Origin: Chlorokybus atmophyticus
Taxonomy: Eukaryota > Plantae > Mesostigma and Chlorokybus algae
Length of the DNA: 64,000 bases
Reading direction: 5' to 3'
Assembly: GCA_009103225.1 (NCBI GenBank)
Contig: RHPI01003009.1
Span: 657,917-721,916 of the forward strand
The position numbers were made by a program, and so were the translations under genes. Position 1 is the stretch's first letter, and every line of letters begins with the position of its first letter. Positions 49,874 through 62,775 of the stretch are shown piece by piece. Under the pieces are notes generated by a model. The model searched no databases. It saw only the letters and a program-made list of their open reading frames with translations, and was not told where the DNA came from.

Positions 49874-50770
49874 AACTCATGGGCGATGATGAACACTGAG
49901 CCCAACAATAGCATAGCATAGCATAGGGACTGGTACCTTACTTGAGTAGGCATAGGAACTTTGCTTGGTTGCAATGCACATCTCTCTCTCACCAACCCCG
50001 TGTATGTATGCTGCAACTTGTATATGCACAACCCACCACACTCAGTGCTATGATGCTCTGCAACTCTGATGCTAAACCACACACGGAGCACAACAACACA
50101 ACACACGGTGGCGCCAAGCTACCACAACCTCTACCTCAAATATATTTTAGATTAGCTTATGCAAGGGGGTGCACTCTAACTTTTTTGAATGCTAACTCAA
50201 ATTAGCTGAAAATTGCAGCAAATAGCCTTTGATACTAACTTAAATAATGCACCAAACCCCGCGCCAAAAAATAACCCAGTTCATAAGATACAGCCATATG
50301 TAGGTCTTAAACCCATCATGGCGTTACGCGTAAGATTGGCACATTAACTTTTGCATTTCTGATTCACATGATCTGAAACTTGGTAAGAAGTTGCATTAAG
50401 TGACAAGAACATTGCAAACCACACAGCAAAAGACATCGTATTACAAAAGTTATTCCAGTTTGAGCCTGTATAGGGACACTTTACTGAAATTATAAAATCT
50501 TAAATATTGATATCTCCCGCTACACTGCTCCGAACGGAGTGCCGTTTATATTGAACGGAGCCCACCACTTGTATCTTACGGTTCCCAAAGCCCCACAGCC
50601 ATCCAATCACATTCGCGCCTCCCACAGCCCCAAAACCGTACGCCGAAATTAGGCAGGTTTACCCTAAGCACCACACCCGTTTACATGGCACAAAAGTTAG
50701 GGTTGGTACGTGCGGGGTACAAGCAGTGTGGTGCAGAACAGCGTACTGTACTATGCTGTGCTGTACACTA

Positions 50771-53700
50771 CAGTCTACCCCCGCTATAAGAATACAGCCT
50801 GTCACCGAGGTTTCTAGTCTTATGGCGGGGGTATTCCATTGCTCGTTATAAGACTGCTTAGTTTTACGACGCATATTGGCATAAATATGATTATGTCGAA
50901 GGAATCGAGCAAATAACACTGCGTTTTACAAGATGAGCGATATAAAACACACACACACACGTGCATGACACACCACATTGCGTTCTATGTACATACACAT
51001 ATGTATGCAATTGTACTTGCATGTGCATGCGGAGCATCACATACACACATGCGGACACTTGCACGCACGCACTCGCGCACACGCAGCCTTGCATGCATAC
51101 ACTTTGCGCACACGCATATATACATCATCATCATCAGTAACAACAACATCTAATCAATCTCTATTGAGTCTGCACCTGTTACACTTGTAGAAGCGTCTGC
51201 AACATCAGCACCACGCGTGAAAAACTCAGACAACCGTGTCTGCACCGACGCACCGAAGATTTGATGATGCAACAACGCATTGCGAACATGGCGCAATCCT
51301 AATCCTGCATTTCTGCTGAAATCATACATTCACTACCCGCAATGAAAGCCTCTACTTTGCTAAGATGATCCAAGCATTGCATGACGGTCACTTGCGGGGG
51401 CGGTATGTCGTCATCATCCTCCTCCTCATCTGCATCTGTGTTGCCATCATCCTCCACAGGTAGTGCTCCAATGGTGCGTAACATGTCCTCGTCGCTGTCC
51501 CCTGCCTCCGTGGGTATATGATCATCTATTCCAGCAAACTCTTCAGCTGTAAGCGCGTCCGTAGCAGGGATGGGAAGGCGCTGCAGCATGACGTCTATCT
51601 CGTTGAGAACTGTTGCCGCAAGGTTCGCTGCTTCAGAGCTGCCAGATGATGCCGCGAACCACTCAACTGGAGCAATGCCACTTTTGCGCCAGCAGTTCCG
51701 TACCGTGTCTTCGCTGATCTCATCCCATGCTTCACGACTCCACAGCACCGCATCGCGAATGTTCACTTTGACCTTTCTATAATCCGTGGTGTTGTCAAGT
51801 TTGAACTGTTGCAGCATATGCGCCACAAGCTTGCGCTTGTATCTGCGTGCAACACAACAACAACAACACCATCAGCTTGCATACTTTCACACGCTCATTA
51901 AAATAAGGCATGCACGTGCATGCAAACAGCAATTAACTAGGCTACTAGGTACCTTTGTTTGAATGCTGCAATAATGCCCGCATCCAATGGTTGTACAACG
52001 GACGTGGTGTTGGCTGGCAAGAAGACACATAAAATGTGACCAAGCTTCAAAGCCTTAAAGCTTCCTTCTTTTGTGCTTTCCGCATACGAGCACGCATGAG
52101 TAGCAGAGTTGTCCATCAACAACAACACCTCCCTATCTTGCATCCTCATTGCCATCTCAAACTAATAGAGCCAGCGACTGAAGACATGCCAATATGATTG
52201 CTTAGTCTTTGCAGCTGAGTATGCATCAAAGCATGACGCAACTTACTTATGAAGTCATCCATGCAGTAGGATTGTTCTCATACTCCACCCCTACAGCGAT
52301 CGGGTGCCATGCCCTACCAAAACACTTAGGGCGCTTGGCGGTGTCTATCAGCAGCAAAGGGCGCTTCTCGGTGCCATCAGCGTTTACACATAAAGCTAGA
52401 GTGACACGCGCCTTCTCTTTCTTAAAGCCCCGAACGTGCTCGCCTATTGCAGCTAAGGTGCGATTGGGGCGAGCTCGAAAGAAGAGACCACTCTTGTCCA
52501 TGTTGAACACGTTGCGACGCTGATAGCGGCGCAAGATTGCAGGCAGCTCCGTCCTTGCAAGCTCAATATCTTCCACATCCGCATCACCAGACTCGCCATG
52601 TGTAGTGACAGCCCCAGTCCCATGTCGATGATTGAAGCGATGCAGCCAGCCAGCTGACGCATTAAAAGACTCTGGCACTTTCAGTGCCGTTGCATATTGC
52701 TTGGCCTTTTCAAGCAAAAGCGCATCAGTCATAACTAGATTACGAGCTCTTGCTTGCGTAAACCACATTGACAAGGCTTTCTCCAACTCTGGATATGCAG
52801 CTGAGCGCAGCTTCTTTGTGTTGGCCATTAAGTCCCCCCCAGCAGCAACAACCTCCAACACCTTCTCCTTCTGCTTGAGCAACTTGGACAATGCAGACTG
52901 CTTGATGTCCAAGTTGAGCTCTGACTGCACCTTCGCTATGAAGTCCGCTTGCTTGAGAGCTGGGTGAGCAGCATGTAGGTCTAGAATGCGCTTCTTGTCC
53001 TTCAAGGACTTGGCATCGCGCTTCATAGGCTCACCCACTGCCATGGTACTTGTGCACAGTACCTGCCACAATGGGATGCGTTGAGGCAGCTGGAGCCCAA
53101 CATGTGTGTGCAGAATTTACATGCAATTGCTGGCAGCGTTGCACATGCTGCATGCACCAAGCAGTGTTTAAAGTCTGCAACTGATGACAGTGTTGTGCAA
53201 TAAGCTGCACGTGAGACAGCAGCCTTGAGACTGCTGGTAAAGCTCTTACCTCACTGCACTTTTGTTCAGCTAGCGAGCAACAGGCCGTAGCTCTTGGGAC
53301 ATCGTAGTGCGCAACCTGCAGAGCGATACAAAACAGTCAGTTGCATACAGTCACGGCCATAGCAGCTCTTGCAGCATGATGGCACAGCAAAGGTGTACAG
53401 CAAGCATTAGCATACAACAGATGAGTGCACGCAACATTACCGTAATGTTGCGTGCACTCATCTGCTAACTGATAAGTCACTAATTAGTGACTAAGTTAGC
53501 ATATAGCAGATTAGCATGACAGGACACAACAGTAGTAGCACACAGCAGGACGTTCTTGCCATACACTTGACTTTGTGGCAGCAAGATGCATGTTGCCGAC
53601 AAGCAGGTGGCAGGAAGAGGGGCGGCTCAGCCTGAGCCGCCCCTCTTCCTGCCTCTATCTGCAGAACCTTCAGCCGCCGCCGCCGCCGCGCTTGCACACG

Positions 53701-54095
53701 CACTTACTGTGCGTCAAACTACTGGCCGCTGACCCGCTCCTATGGCTTCCCCTCCAGCTGCTCCCCTTCACCACCTTCCCTTCGCCGCCGCCCTGCAGCT
53801 TGTAGCATGACGCCGCCGCACTGCCTGTAAACAACGCCGCCGCGACCCGCGGACGAGCAGCGGATCAGCTAAGCCGTGGCTCAGCCTGTTCTGTGAGCAG
53901 GCTGAGCCACGGCAGGTTCCCCCCGTTGTGGGCATATACAACGCGGGAATTGGCATAAATTATGGTATTCCCTATGCGGCTAAGACTATTCTTATGCCCG
54001 TAGCTAAATAGCAGGGCGGGCATCGGTCACCGGAGATTGTAGTCTTATGGCGGGGTTATTCCATCGGCGAGTATGATAATAGCGGGGGTAGACTG
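50771..54095 (-). mobile_element. Full-length pogo/Tigger-type transposon (3325 bp)
   Basis: 17-bp identical TIRs CAGTCTACCCCCGCTAT, with a TA TSD (50769-50770 and 54096-54097). A subterminal GTCTTATGGCGGGG repeat occurs near both ends. Confidence 0.95.
51299..53044 (-). pseudogene. pogo transposase (CENP-B HTH + DDE_1) with in-frame stops
   Basis: AAYPELEKALSMWFTQAR...FNASAGWLHRFNHRHG...NMDKSGLFF...RVTLALCVNADG; LLLMDN; [16 protein letters not shown]; VRNCWRKSGI. Stops at about 52247 (TAA) and about 52163 (TAG); DET reads DKS. Confidence 0.92.
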
Positions 54096-55106
54096 TACTG
54101 TTCGGAACAGTGTATAGCACATGCCTTAGCCAATTTTCACACACGATCGCAGCACATCCAAATACCACTAGCTGGAGGGCGGCGGCGGGGTGGCGCAGTA
54201 GGCGTCGGCGGCGACGAGGAGCAGGCGGTGTAAGTGGAACACAGGGCGGAGAATTTTCTTGCTGTCAGCTCATTTGGCAGCGGCTGCAGCGCTCGGTAGG
54301 AGTTGGGCGGGTTGTGAGTAGGAGGACAAGCAGGAGAAAAAGGAGAAGGAGCTGGCAGGGAGGCGCGGAACAGGCGAAGGGAAGGGGGAGGGAAGGGGGG
54401 GGGGATGACAATCCGCATATATCGGCCAACCCAAATATGTACGTAAATGTTGGCTCTTGATAGATGCCTCTAGTTCTGATCTCATCTCTCCATCTCACAT
54501 CATAGTGTGTATCTCTGGTGAAACATAATGATAATATGATTAGCACTGTGGTGCTGTATGTAAGAACGTGGTGCAAGGGTTGACAATTCACTCTCAAGGG
54601 TCGACCCATCCATTTATGTATGCGTGTTCGTGTTCGTGATCAGATGCATCTACTGGCTCATATGCAAAGCATCTGTTCACAACCAAGTGTGTATACATTG
54701 TTGCATCTCTGATTGTCAGTGCACGGTGGTGCTGATGCATTCGAGGAGTAGTGGAAAAGACATAATTATTGAATCCCGTGGGCCAACCCATATTGACTGC
54801 ATATGCTCGCGGCCGCTCTGAATGGACGCATCTACGAGCTGCTACGTCAATCATCCGTTGGGACTTGAGTAAGCATAGAATAATGCGTGCTACATTCCTT
54901 CTGTGATCTCAAGTATGCAATTGAAGAATAAAGACAGAAGGGACAACTCGGTTTCATGCTTCATATACATATGCTTATGCCCGCTCTGGTTAGATGCATC
55001 CCCTGGTGCTTGTTCCAAGCTTTGGTCTCCGTTCAGTACCAAGTATGCACAGTTGACTCATATTGCTTATGATGTGTGATCGCGGTGATGCATTGCAGAG
55101 CTCAAG

Positions 55107-56715
55107 ATGCAGCACCCTTCATCATTCTCCGACACACATGACCTTTCAAGCGCCCAACAAGTCATCGTTGAGCGTTTAGGGTTGCAAACCACGGATGATG
55201 AACGCGCGCAGCTGCGCACATTGAAGCAAGGCACGCACGAATGGTTGACAGCTCGTGCTCGACGCTTAACCGCCTCCAACTTTGCTGCTGCCATCAACAA
55301 TCACCCCGTCATGAGTTCTAGCACTCTCGCGACCTACATGCTCAAGAAGGCCGCGGGTGAGTATGCTACCACATATGCATGCTTGCTGCAGCTCGGATGT
55401 TGTTTGCACATTCTCACATGCAGCCCACTACTTGCAGATCCAACTAATGAAATGCCGCGCACCCCAGCCATGGTGTTCGGCATCAATAACGAAGAAACAG
55501 CGGCGCAAGCATATCACGCACATGTGAAGTCGCAAAGTGATGGTTGTAGTGATGTGCAGATGTGCTCCACTGGATTGCATGTGCACTCAAGGCACCATTG
55601 GTCAGCTAGTCCAGATTGCATTGCCTCAAGCGATGATGACATATGGTTGCTAGGAGTGAAGTGTACTGTAGACCCTCAGCCTTGGAGTACATTGCCGTTG
55701 CATGTGGTGGATCAAGTTGTTGAGAAGTTGGCCATCACAGGGTACATGCGCTGCGACATTATTTGCTGGAGCAAATCCGGCAAATTCAACGTGTTCCGCT
55801 TGGATTTCGATGAGTCTCATAAGCGGCATTGGAGCTGTATGCTGCTTCCAAAGCTGCACCATTTGTACTTCACATTCTTTGCTTCGCAAGCTGCAACATT
55901 GCTGGAGCCCCCACAAGGACAACAAGCTTCGGGCCCCACTGTGCCACAACCACACAAGTGGCATCGGCAAAAAGATACGTCACGCATTGGAGCGGAGCTA
56001 AAGATCATGCTCGCATCAGGTGTGTACCACATGAAGTGTACCCAGCAAACGCATCTATGAGATGCGTTTACCCCATCCCCTCCTCCCGCTTTTGTTTCCC
56101 TTCTCAACCTCTTTATAGCCAAAGCAACAATCGAGTTTGCAACGGTAGATGCACCATTTCAGATAATTTTGTGAAGATGCATCTGCTGACCGGTAACCAT
56201 CTCAGAAGCACTGTTTTTGTTTTTTTTTTACTTGGTCAAGCAACGAGGCACATAATGCTTATGGTTTCGTGTGTAGGGGATTACAACCTGCCGCCTCTTG
56301 TGGAAGGTCAACGCGTGCATCCGAAAGCAAAATTCCAACAACGGGGGACTATCCATGTCTTGCAGCAAAACGGTCGGGTGATAGTGGCTTGGGAGTACAC
56401 GGGAGGCTTGCCAAGCACGAAAGCCATAAACGCAACCTCCGTGCATGCTGCCATTATGAGTGAGTGACATGCTGTATACGGCTTTGCACAACACTACATG
56501 TCAGCTTGCTCGTGACATCGCTCTTGTCAGTTGAACATGTGGCGCCAAAGCAAGAGGGCGATAAGGTGCAGGTGATTGGAGGTTGTCATGTGGGCATTCT
56601 TGGCAAGGTGGTGAGATTGGGACCTGTTCAAAGTCATGTATGCTTGGAGAGCGAGACCATTGTGCAAATACGTAACCAAATGTTGCAATGCGTATTAGCA
56701 GGTTCGTGTCGGTGA
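55107..56715 (+). CDS. YqaJ (lambda-exonuclease-like) nuclease fused to tandem KOW/SH3-like domains, predicted 399 aa
   Basis: Exons 55107-55356, 55438-56019, 56277-56459 and 56531-56715; all three introns are GT-AG phase 1, giving a 1200-nt open frame. YqaJ part: QGTHEWLTARARRLTASNF, AMVFGINNEE, SASPD, GVKC. KOW-like part: EHVAPKQEGDKVQVIGGCHVGILGKVV. Confidence 0.75.
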
Positions 56716-56833
56716 TTAGGCCCGCTTGACCCATATGACATTTGCGTGGCACTTGCTGCACGCATCAATGACAACTCATGCACGTGCTGCAGCAGAGCAT
56801 CATGATGATGAGGCAGATGTGCCATAACACACT

Positions 56834-56986
56834 TTGGAGCAGTTGATCATCAATGTGGAGGAGTTTGATCCATGGTTGAGCAACTACCAATTGAAGAATG
56901 GAGTTGATATGGTGCTCGTAGAACGGCGGCTAACACGTCGAGATGCCTCTCACATCCGCGCACGCATCGTGTACCGTTGTCGCAGG
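56834..56986 (+). pseudogene. Possible FAR1/WRKY-GCM1-like N-terminal exon of a Mutator-type transposase (truncated)
   Basis: EEFDPWLSNYQLKNGVDMVLVERR...RIVYRCRR followed by a GTATGT donor. There is an upstream in-frame TAA, and no downstream exons were found. Confidence 0.35.
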
Positions 56987-57596
56987 TATGTGTTCTTTTA
57001 TGCTTGCCATTGCCAACAAGACATGCATTGTAACGTCGCAAATTTTACACGGTGACTGACTAAGGACTGAGGGACTGACTGGTGCCTGAGCCTGCCTGAG
57101 CCTGCCTGTTGCTGCCTGAAATATTACTTTTGGACTGTTGGGTTTGCCGTTGGCTTAAGTGGACTGACGCAGACGGCCGCGGGCCGAAAGTGGTTGTCAG
57201 TGGCACTAACCGGCCAAGAGTTGTCAACCAGTTACCCTTTGGTCGATGTGCACAGACGGCCGTCGACCGGTAGTTACGGACAGCTGACAGCAATAGCCGG
57301 CAGTTTCTTTGCCGTTACACTGCTGTTAATATGTGACCCTTGCCATTTGACAAAAGTTGGCAATTGTTGCCGTAAGCCAACACTAACATGCCATGCAGCT
57401 TGTACAAACCTTGGACTGATTGTTTGGTCTTGCACCTAAAAGCCCACAATATATACAATGTACGGGCAGTGGTGAGAGTATGTCCACTTACAACTGAGCA
57501 GCCGACTTGCGCATGAAACTATCCTATAACATTGAGTCTAGCTGTCGGACTCATGCGCAGCTTGTCAACCCGTGGTGCCTGCCTAAGAACTCCTCC

Positions 57597-58452
57597 TCAA
57601 ACCCCCTCCTCCTGTTCCTCCTCCGACGAGTCTTCTGCTTCAACGCCGGAGTCATCTTCATCCGCTGCCTCGCTCGCTGACAGTACAGCGGCTACTTCGT
57701 CCTTCAGCTTGAATGTCAGCGCCTCGCCGTGCACGCGCATGCGCTTGATGGTCGCTTTGAGAGTGACCACCTGCATTTGGTAATGCTGTAAGAGTGGCGT
57801 GCTGCCAGAGGACTAGCCCATCAGCATACACACGCTTACCTCGTCTTCCGCTTTGTTGCACTCCGCCAGGCAGACAGTCAGCCTGCCGCGCTGCTCTTGG
57901 TTCACTCTGACCAACATGGCAATCTGCAAGCATACTGCTTAATTACCGCTGGAAACATTAAACTAGGTCATGGATTACCCGTTCGTGGTACTCCGCAGCT
58001 TCTCTTTTGCGACTTGTGAGCTCCCGCAAGTAGAAATAGGCTGTGCATTTGCGAGATTGGTCATGCTGTTCATGTGCATGACACTGGAGGTTGTGCATGA
58101 GGGTGTGCATGTCGTATTGACAATGTATGTCAAGTGCAAGATACTTGAGGCTGTGCATGTGCAAGATAAAAGAACCCTAGCATGTGGCATTGACAGTGCA
58201 TCGTAACCCACCTTGGTTATGCCAGTCTTGTTTGGTCCCTTCAATCATGTCGCCGTGGTCGCAGCTGCTGGTGGGTCGGATTTTCTTAGAGGCAGTATTG
58301 TGGTGTGCCTTTGCCCACTCGGATGGGGAGCCCTGTAAGATATCGCCCGAGTCACTGTTGTCATTGGATGTGCCCTTGGTAGTCTTGGTGGGGTTTGACA
58401 CCGAGGACACCCCTCCGGCACCCTGCCCGCCCTGTGCGAACATGGAATTCAT
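57597..58452 (-). CDS. Unknown 186-aa protein (low-complexity N-terminus, coiled coil, acidic tail), divergent from the Plavaka transposase
   Basis: Four phase-consistent GT-AG exons (58452-58212, 58040-57979, 57923-57840, 57770-57597) total 561 nt without internal stops. Confidence 0.62.
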
Positions 58453-58633
58453 CCCGGACCTCGACCACAATGCCCACTACGCCCCTGGCAGCGCCGCCAA
58501 CGATCTTCCAAACGCCACATACCCTCGGCATCACGCCCCTGTAAGGGCATAGCTTGGCGGAGCTATCAATGGTGTTTTCATGCGCAGGGGGACTGACATT
58601 GCCAGAGTTGTCAATGGTACGAACTGCCATTGC

Positions 58634-58804
58634 CATTGTACAAAGGTACCATTTCAATGGTACCTTTGTACAATGCCTAGACCTTTTGGCAAAGGCATCT
58701 TCGTACCATTGAAACGGTTCAATCAGAATATATATGTATATAAAAATATCCAGAGACTCACCCTGGACGTGCAATGGCTCGATCGTACCATTATAATGGT
58801 ACGA
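58634..58804. repeat. Perfect palindromes in the divergent promoter region
   Basis: Hairpin CATTGTACAAAGGTACCATT-TC-AATGGTACCTTTGTACAATG (58634-58675, 20-bp arms) and palindrome TCGTACCATTATAATGGTACGA (58783-58804). Confidence 0.9.
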
Positions 58805-58967
58805 CGGAGCCAGTGACTGGCGGCCAAGTTTCCCGCCTCTGGCATGCAAGGGTAGCGGTAGCGGTGGCGGTGGCGGTGGCGGCGGCGGCGGCGGCGGCGG
58901 GTGTGCGTGTTGCTGGATATGATGCAGGTTACATTGGCGACACCTGTGTCGACGTTAGTAGTGAGAT

Positions 58968-61900
58968 ATGGGAGTCCTTTGTCCGTATTGCCACATGCGC
59001 TTCGCCACACGCAGCTCGGTCTACATGCACATTATTAGCAGCAGGGTGTGCAAGCAGATCAAGCTGTATGTCGGCCAGCGTCCATTACAGTACGATGCGG
59101 GTCATGTTGAACCGGGGAGTTTGATCCAGGATGCTCACATGCTTGATGCTGAAGGATTCCATCAGGAGACACACGCACAGCAGCAACATGAGGAGGAGGA
59201 AGTGAACGAGGGCTTTCGATGTGTGCGTGTGCCTGAGAAACCTATGGCACGCCAGCATGGAAGTGGAGGCGTCCCTTCGCACGCGTCGGAATCCAGGTGG
59301 TATGGCTCGGAGCATGCTCTTGCAGTGGCATTCGTGCAGTGCAACAACGGCCAAGGCCTGTCGGCCTCCGACATGGGGCGGATCATCAAGTGCATCCGAA
59401 ATGCACACTTCCTGACGGAAGAGCTCCAGTGGGAGACCGGTGTGCATGCGGCCAGCTACCTCCGGACCACGATTGCTTTCTCTCAGTCTGAGGTGTGTTC
59501 ACGGTGTGCGGTGCATGTGCTTCAACCATCAGAGCCATGTCACATATGCACATGCGAGTGTGCTGCCGTATCAGAACTACGTGACGGCTGACCTGCGCAA
59601 GCCCGGAGACCCTGAGGATCAGGACATCTGCGTCACATATATGCCGGCCAAGGTCTGTGAAATGCAGTACCTAATGCAGTATCGATTCTGAGGCCAGCAT
59701 AGTAAGTAATGCTCTTGGTCGGAGCATGTATGGCTCGCGCGGTTGTATGGCAATCCACATGCCGCCAATGGCTTCAATCTCTAGTACACTGGTGACGAGC
59801 ACAGCTTTGGCCATCCTTCCACGGGCGATTGGTGGAAGGATGTGGAGGTGGATTTGAGGAGAGAGGTGGGGGAAGCGTCCTACTTGGCGCCTGCCATTCT
59901 GTACAGTGACAAGACCACGCTGGACAGCGCGGGCAAGCGCTCTGGCTACCCTCTGATGGCATCGCTTGCCAACTACAGTTGGGACATGTATGCTAGCAAC
60001 ATGGGGGTTGTTATGATAGCGCTTCTCCGCCGGTGGTTCACGCAGTGGCCGGGCATCCCACCTGGGCGCAGAGCAAGGAATCGTTCTCCATTCGGAAACG
60101 TGAGATTTTTTATGACGCTTTGAATGTAGTGTTAGGGGATGTGAAGCGGGCGAGTTGGGAAGGTCTGCAGCTCATCGACCCGAATGGCATCGAGCGTCGT
60201 GTGTTTCCCGCGCTTGCCAACTACATCAGCGATTTGCAGGTAGTGGGCATGAATGGTTGTAACCGGATGCAGCCTGCCAGCAAACAGTGCATGGAGGATG
60301 TTGTCAGTAGAACATCTGAGTTTGTCGTGTTGTAGGAGACTGCCACACTCGCACGCACTGTGTCGGGCAACCAAACACGACATCCTTGCGATGTTTGTCT
60401 CGTCACCAAATCAGATCTGTTGGAGATGGATGAGGACCGGGAATTGAGAACCGAGGCCTTCTACACACCAGCAATACGTCAGCTGCGGGCGGACCTGCAT
60501 AGCGGTGTTAGGAATGCACGCCAGACAGCCAAGGCTTTCAAAGAGCAGCACTCCATGCATGTCGAGGAGGTAATGGTCAAATTACCGGCATTCGTGAGGA
60601 TGAATGGCTTTCCGTGAAACCAGGCAATGTGGTTTGGCAACAGAATGCACTGTGGGGTTGGCGACAGTCGCGGGTGCCGGGAGCTGACTGCTACTCTCGT
60701 CTTGCCCCTGACGCAATGCATGTGCTGGGAGGCATCATTGACCACCTGCCTGCTGCTGTGTACGACGCCGCGAAGGAACGAATGCGTCCATCCACGAGAC
60801 AGATTCTGCAGGCTAGGCACGTCTTTGGTGTTGCTTTTGTGTTGAACACAAAAGCCAACAACACGTGCTCACGAGCAGATGTGCACAAGCTGAATGCATG
60901 TAAGGCGACTCTGCGGGTTTCGCACTTCAAGGCACCCACAAGCACAGTAGATTTGTTTATGTCTGACCACTCCTTTCAGGTGGTGGAGAAAGTGGCGGTG
61001 CTGCAGCTGCTGCCGGTCCTCGCAGACGGTTTGCTGCTCGACAGTGAGGGCAACGATTTCTTCACCATTGCTGCCGCATCGCTTGCCCAGTGGAACAAGA
61101 AGTTGCTGAAGGCGCATGAACACACAAGAGAGACCCTGACCACAGCCGACAACGAGCTGGCTGCCTTCAAAGCTGCAGTGTTGCATCCGCTACTGTCGTC
61201 ATATTCTGCACAGAAGTCAGGTTGGAAGATCGAGAAGATGCATCAGCTCACTCAATTTGGGCCGGCAATTGTCAGCAGTGGACACCCAGATTGGTTCAGC
61301 GCCAACCGCATGGAGCAGACGCACGCTCAAAATATCAAACGGTGGGCGCGTGGTGGCAACAACCGGGACTACAAGGCACGTATCCTGAAGGCATGGAGCT
61401 GTGCGGAATATGTGAGAGAGGATGGCATGGTCGTGGATCCCGAGATGCGCTCGGTCATGGCGCAGGCGCGGCAGCAGTGCTGTAATGTCATGGAGAAGAC
61501 GGACAAGTTGCTACGGATGGATGTGCTGACAAGGAGGGAGTCCAGCCCGTACTGGAGCGGATCTGCGCGTAGCCGCCAAGTCGCCTTGAAGACTCCATTT
61601 GCCGACAAGCTGCCTGCCACCCTGGACAGCTGGTTGAGGAGGGAACAACTGGAGTTGGCCGACGGGTGGCGTGCTGTTCGCGTGGTGAACGGAGGCGCAG
61701 CGGTGTACATGACATCAGGAGTTAGCATGGTGCGCGCAACTGGGATGTTCCATGGGCGGCCTTGGTTCTCTACACTTGAGTTGGAAGGTGATGAGGACGG
61801 TGTGAACGTGACGTGGTGGGCTCAGGCACTCCTTTTTCTGCGCGTGGTGGTGTGGGGTGGTAGCGGCGAGCGCGTGTGGAAGGAGGTCGTGTTTGTCCGC

Positions 61901-62101
61901 TGGTACACGAAGCTGGATGTGACGAGCGACACAAAGTGCATCGCTCTGGAATGGGAAAAGCGTCGAGGCGGTCCACATCTCGATGTCATGACTCTGGAGC
62001 AAGTAAAAGGCATTGTCCAGCTGCTCCCCATGTTTGACAAGGACAGCGCCCGTGTACAAGAGGGCAAATATTGGGTGAACGTTCACTGCACTTCCACGTG
62101 A
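58968..62101 (+). mobile_element. Plavaka-type (CMC/EnSpm-related) transposase gene, intron-containing and recently pseudogenised
   Basis: N-terminal C2H2 finger CPYCHMRFATRSSVYMH; LYGNP...TGDWWKDVE; ILYSDKTTLDSAGKRSGYPLMASLAN; EIFYDALNVVL...RRVFPALANYISDLQ|E...CDVC; KIEKMHQL...ANRMEQTH. There is an in-frame TAG at about 59781 and a frameshift near 60030. Confidence 0.85.
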
Positions 62102-62312
62102 CACATGTACTTGTCTCACTACTCTCAGTTTGGAGCATATCAGTCAGTTAGGCATTGCTAATCGTATGCTAAGACTTTTGCATGTGGACGTGTACAATAC
62201 CGGGCAGCTGTCACTGCACAACTGTCACCACAATCGAATGATCCATGCAACATTCAACAATCAGTCCGCCGTGTGGCATTAAGCATCAATACAGTGCACC
62301 ACACTCAAGCCT

Positions 62313-62648
62313 CATAGTTCCATGACACAGGAGGGTACACACGGATTGACGTTCAAGGACCATGAATGGTCCGTGACGCAGGACCGGGATTTTCCCCTGC
62401 TAAGTGAAATTGACGGACCATGTATGGTCCGGCTTTCATGGACAGTCGGACCATGCATGGTCCGAATTTCACGTGAATGGTACCATTGTCCCTTGGTACG
62501 GACCATTGAAGGTCCGGCCGATTACTGTTGCGTCAGGACCAGGTATGGTCCGGCCATCAGACCAGGGACAAAATCATATCATTACAATATTTCAATCAAT
62601 ACTGGTCCGGCTAGCGGACCATGGACCGAATTGTATTATGGAACAATG
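62313..62648. repeat. Array of GGACCAT-NN-ATGGTCC palindromes bounded by CATAGTTCCAT / ATGGAACAATG; possible MITE or subterminal repeat array
   Basis: Full copies at 62357, 62415 and 62448, plus variants at about 62500 and 62536. The ends are near-inverted; no matching TSD. Confidence 0.7.
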
Positions 62649-62775
62649 TAAATATGAGTGCAAATGCAGTAAAAGTTGAGACATCTTTGCCGGCGGCACC
62701 GGCTACGCCCAACCTGCGGCGCACGAGGCCGCGGCCAGCTCCGCGGCGTTAGTGGAATGATTAGTCAAGAACACA

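Larger units (their letters stand above)
50523..54112. mobile_element. About 263-bp TA-flanked MITE (TIR CACTGYTCCGAACRG) split by a pogo insertion
   Basis: CACTGCTCCGAACGG at 50523 and CTGTTCGGAACAGTG ending at 54112, with TA on both sides. Confidence 0.75.

Noticed and set aside
62313-62648. CRISPR-like repeat-spacer array
   Set aside because: The repeats are 16-bp palindromes with irregular short spacers, in eukaryotic context and with no cas genes.
57204-62754. CACTAAC...GTTAGTG as CACTA termini of the Plavaka element
   Set aside because: Only 7 bp match, no TSD, and the span would exclude the motif-rich tract beyond 62900.
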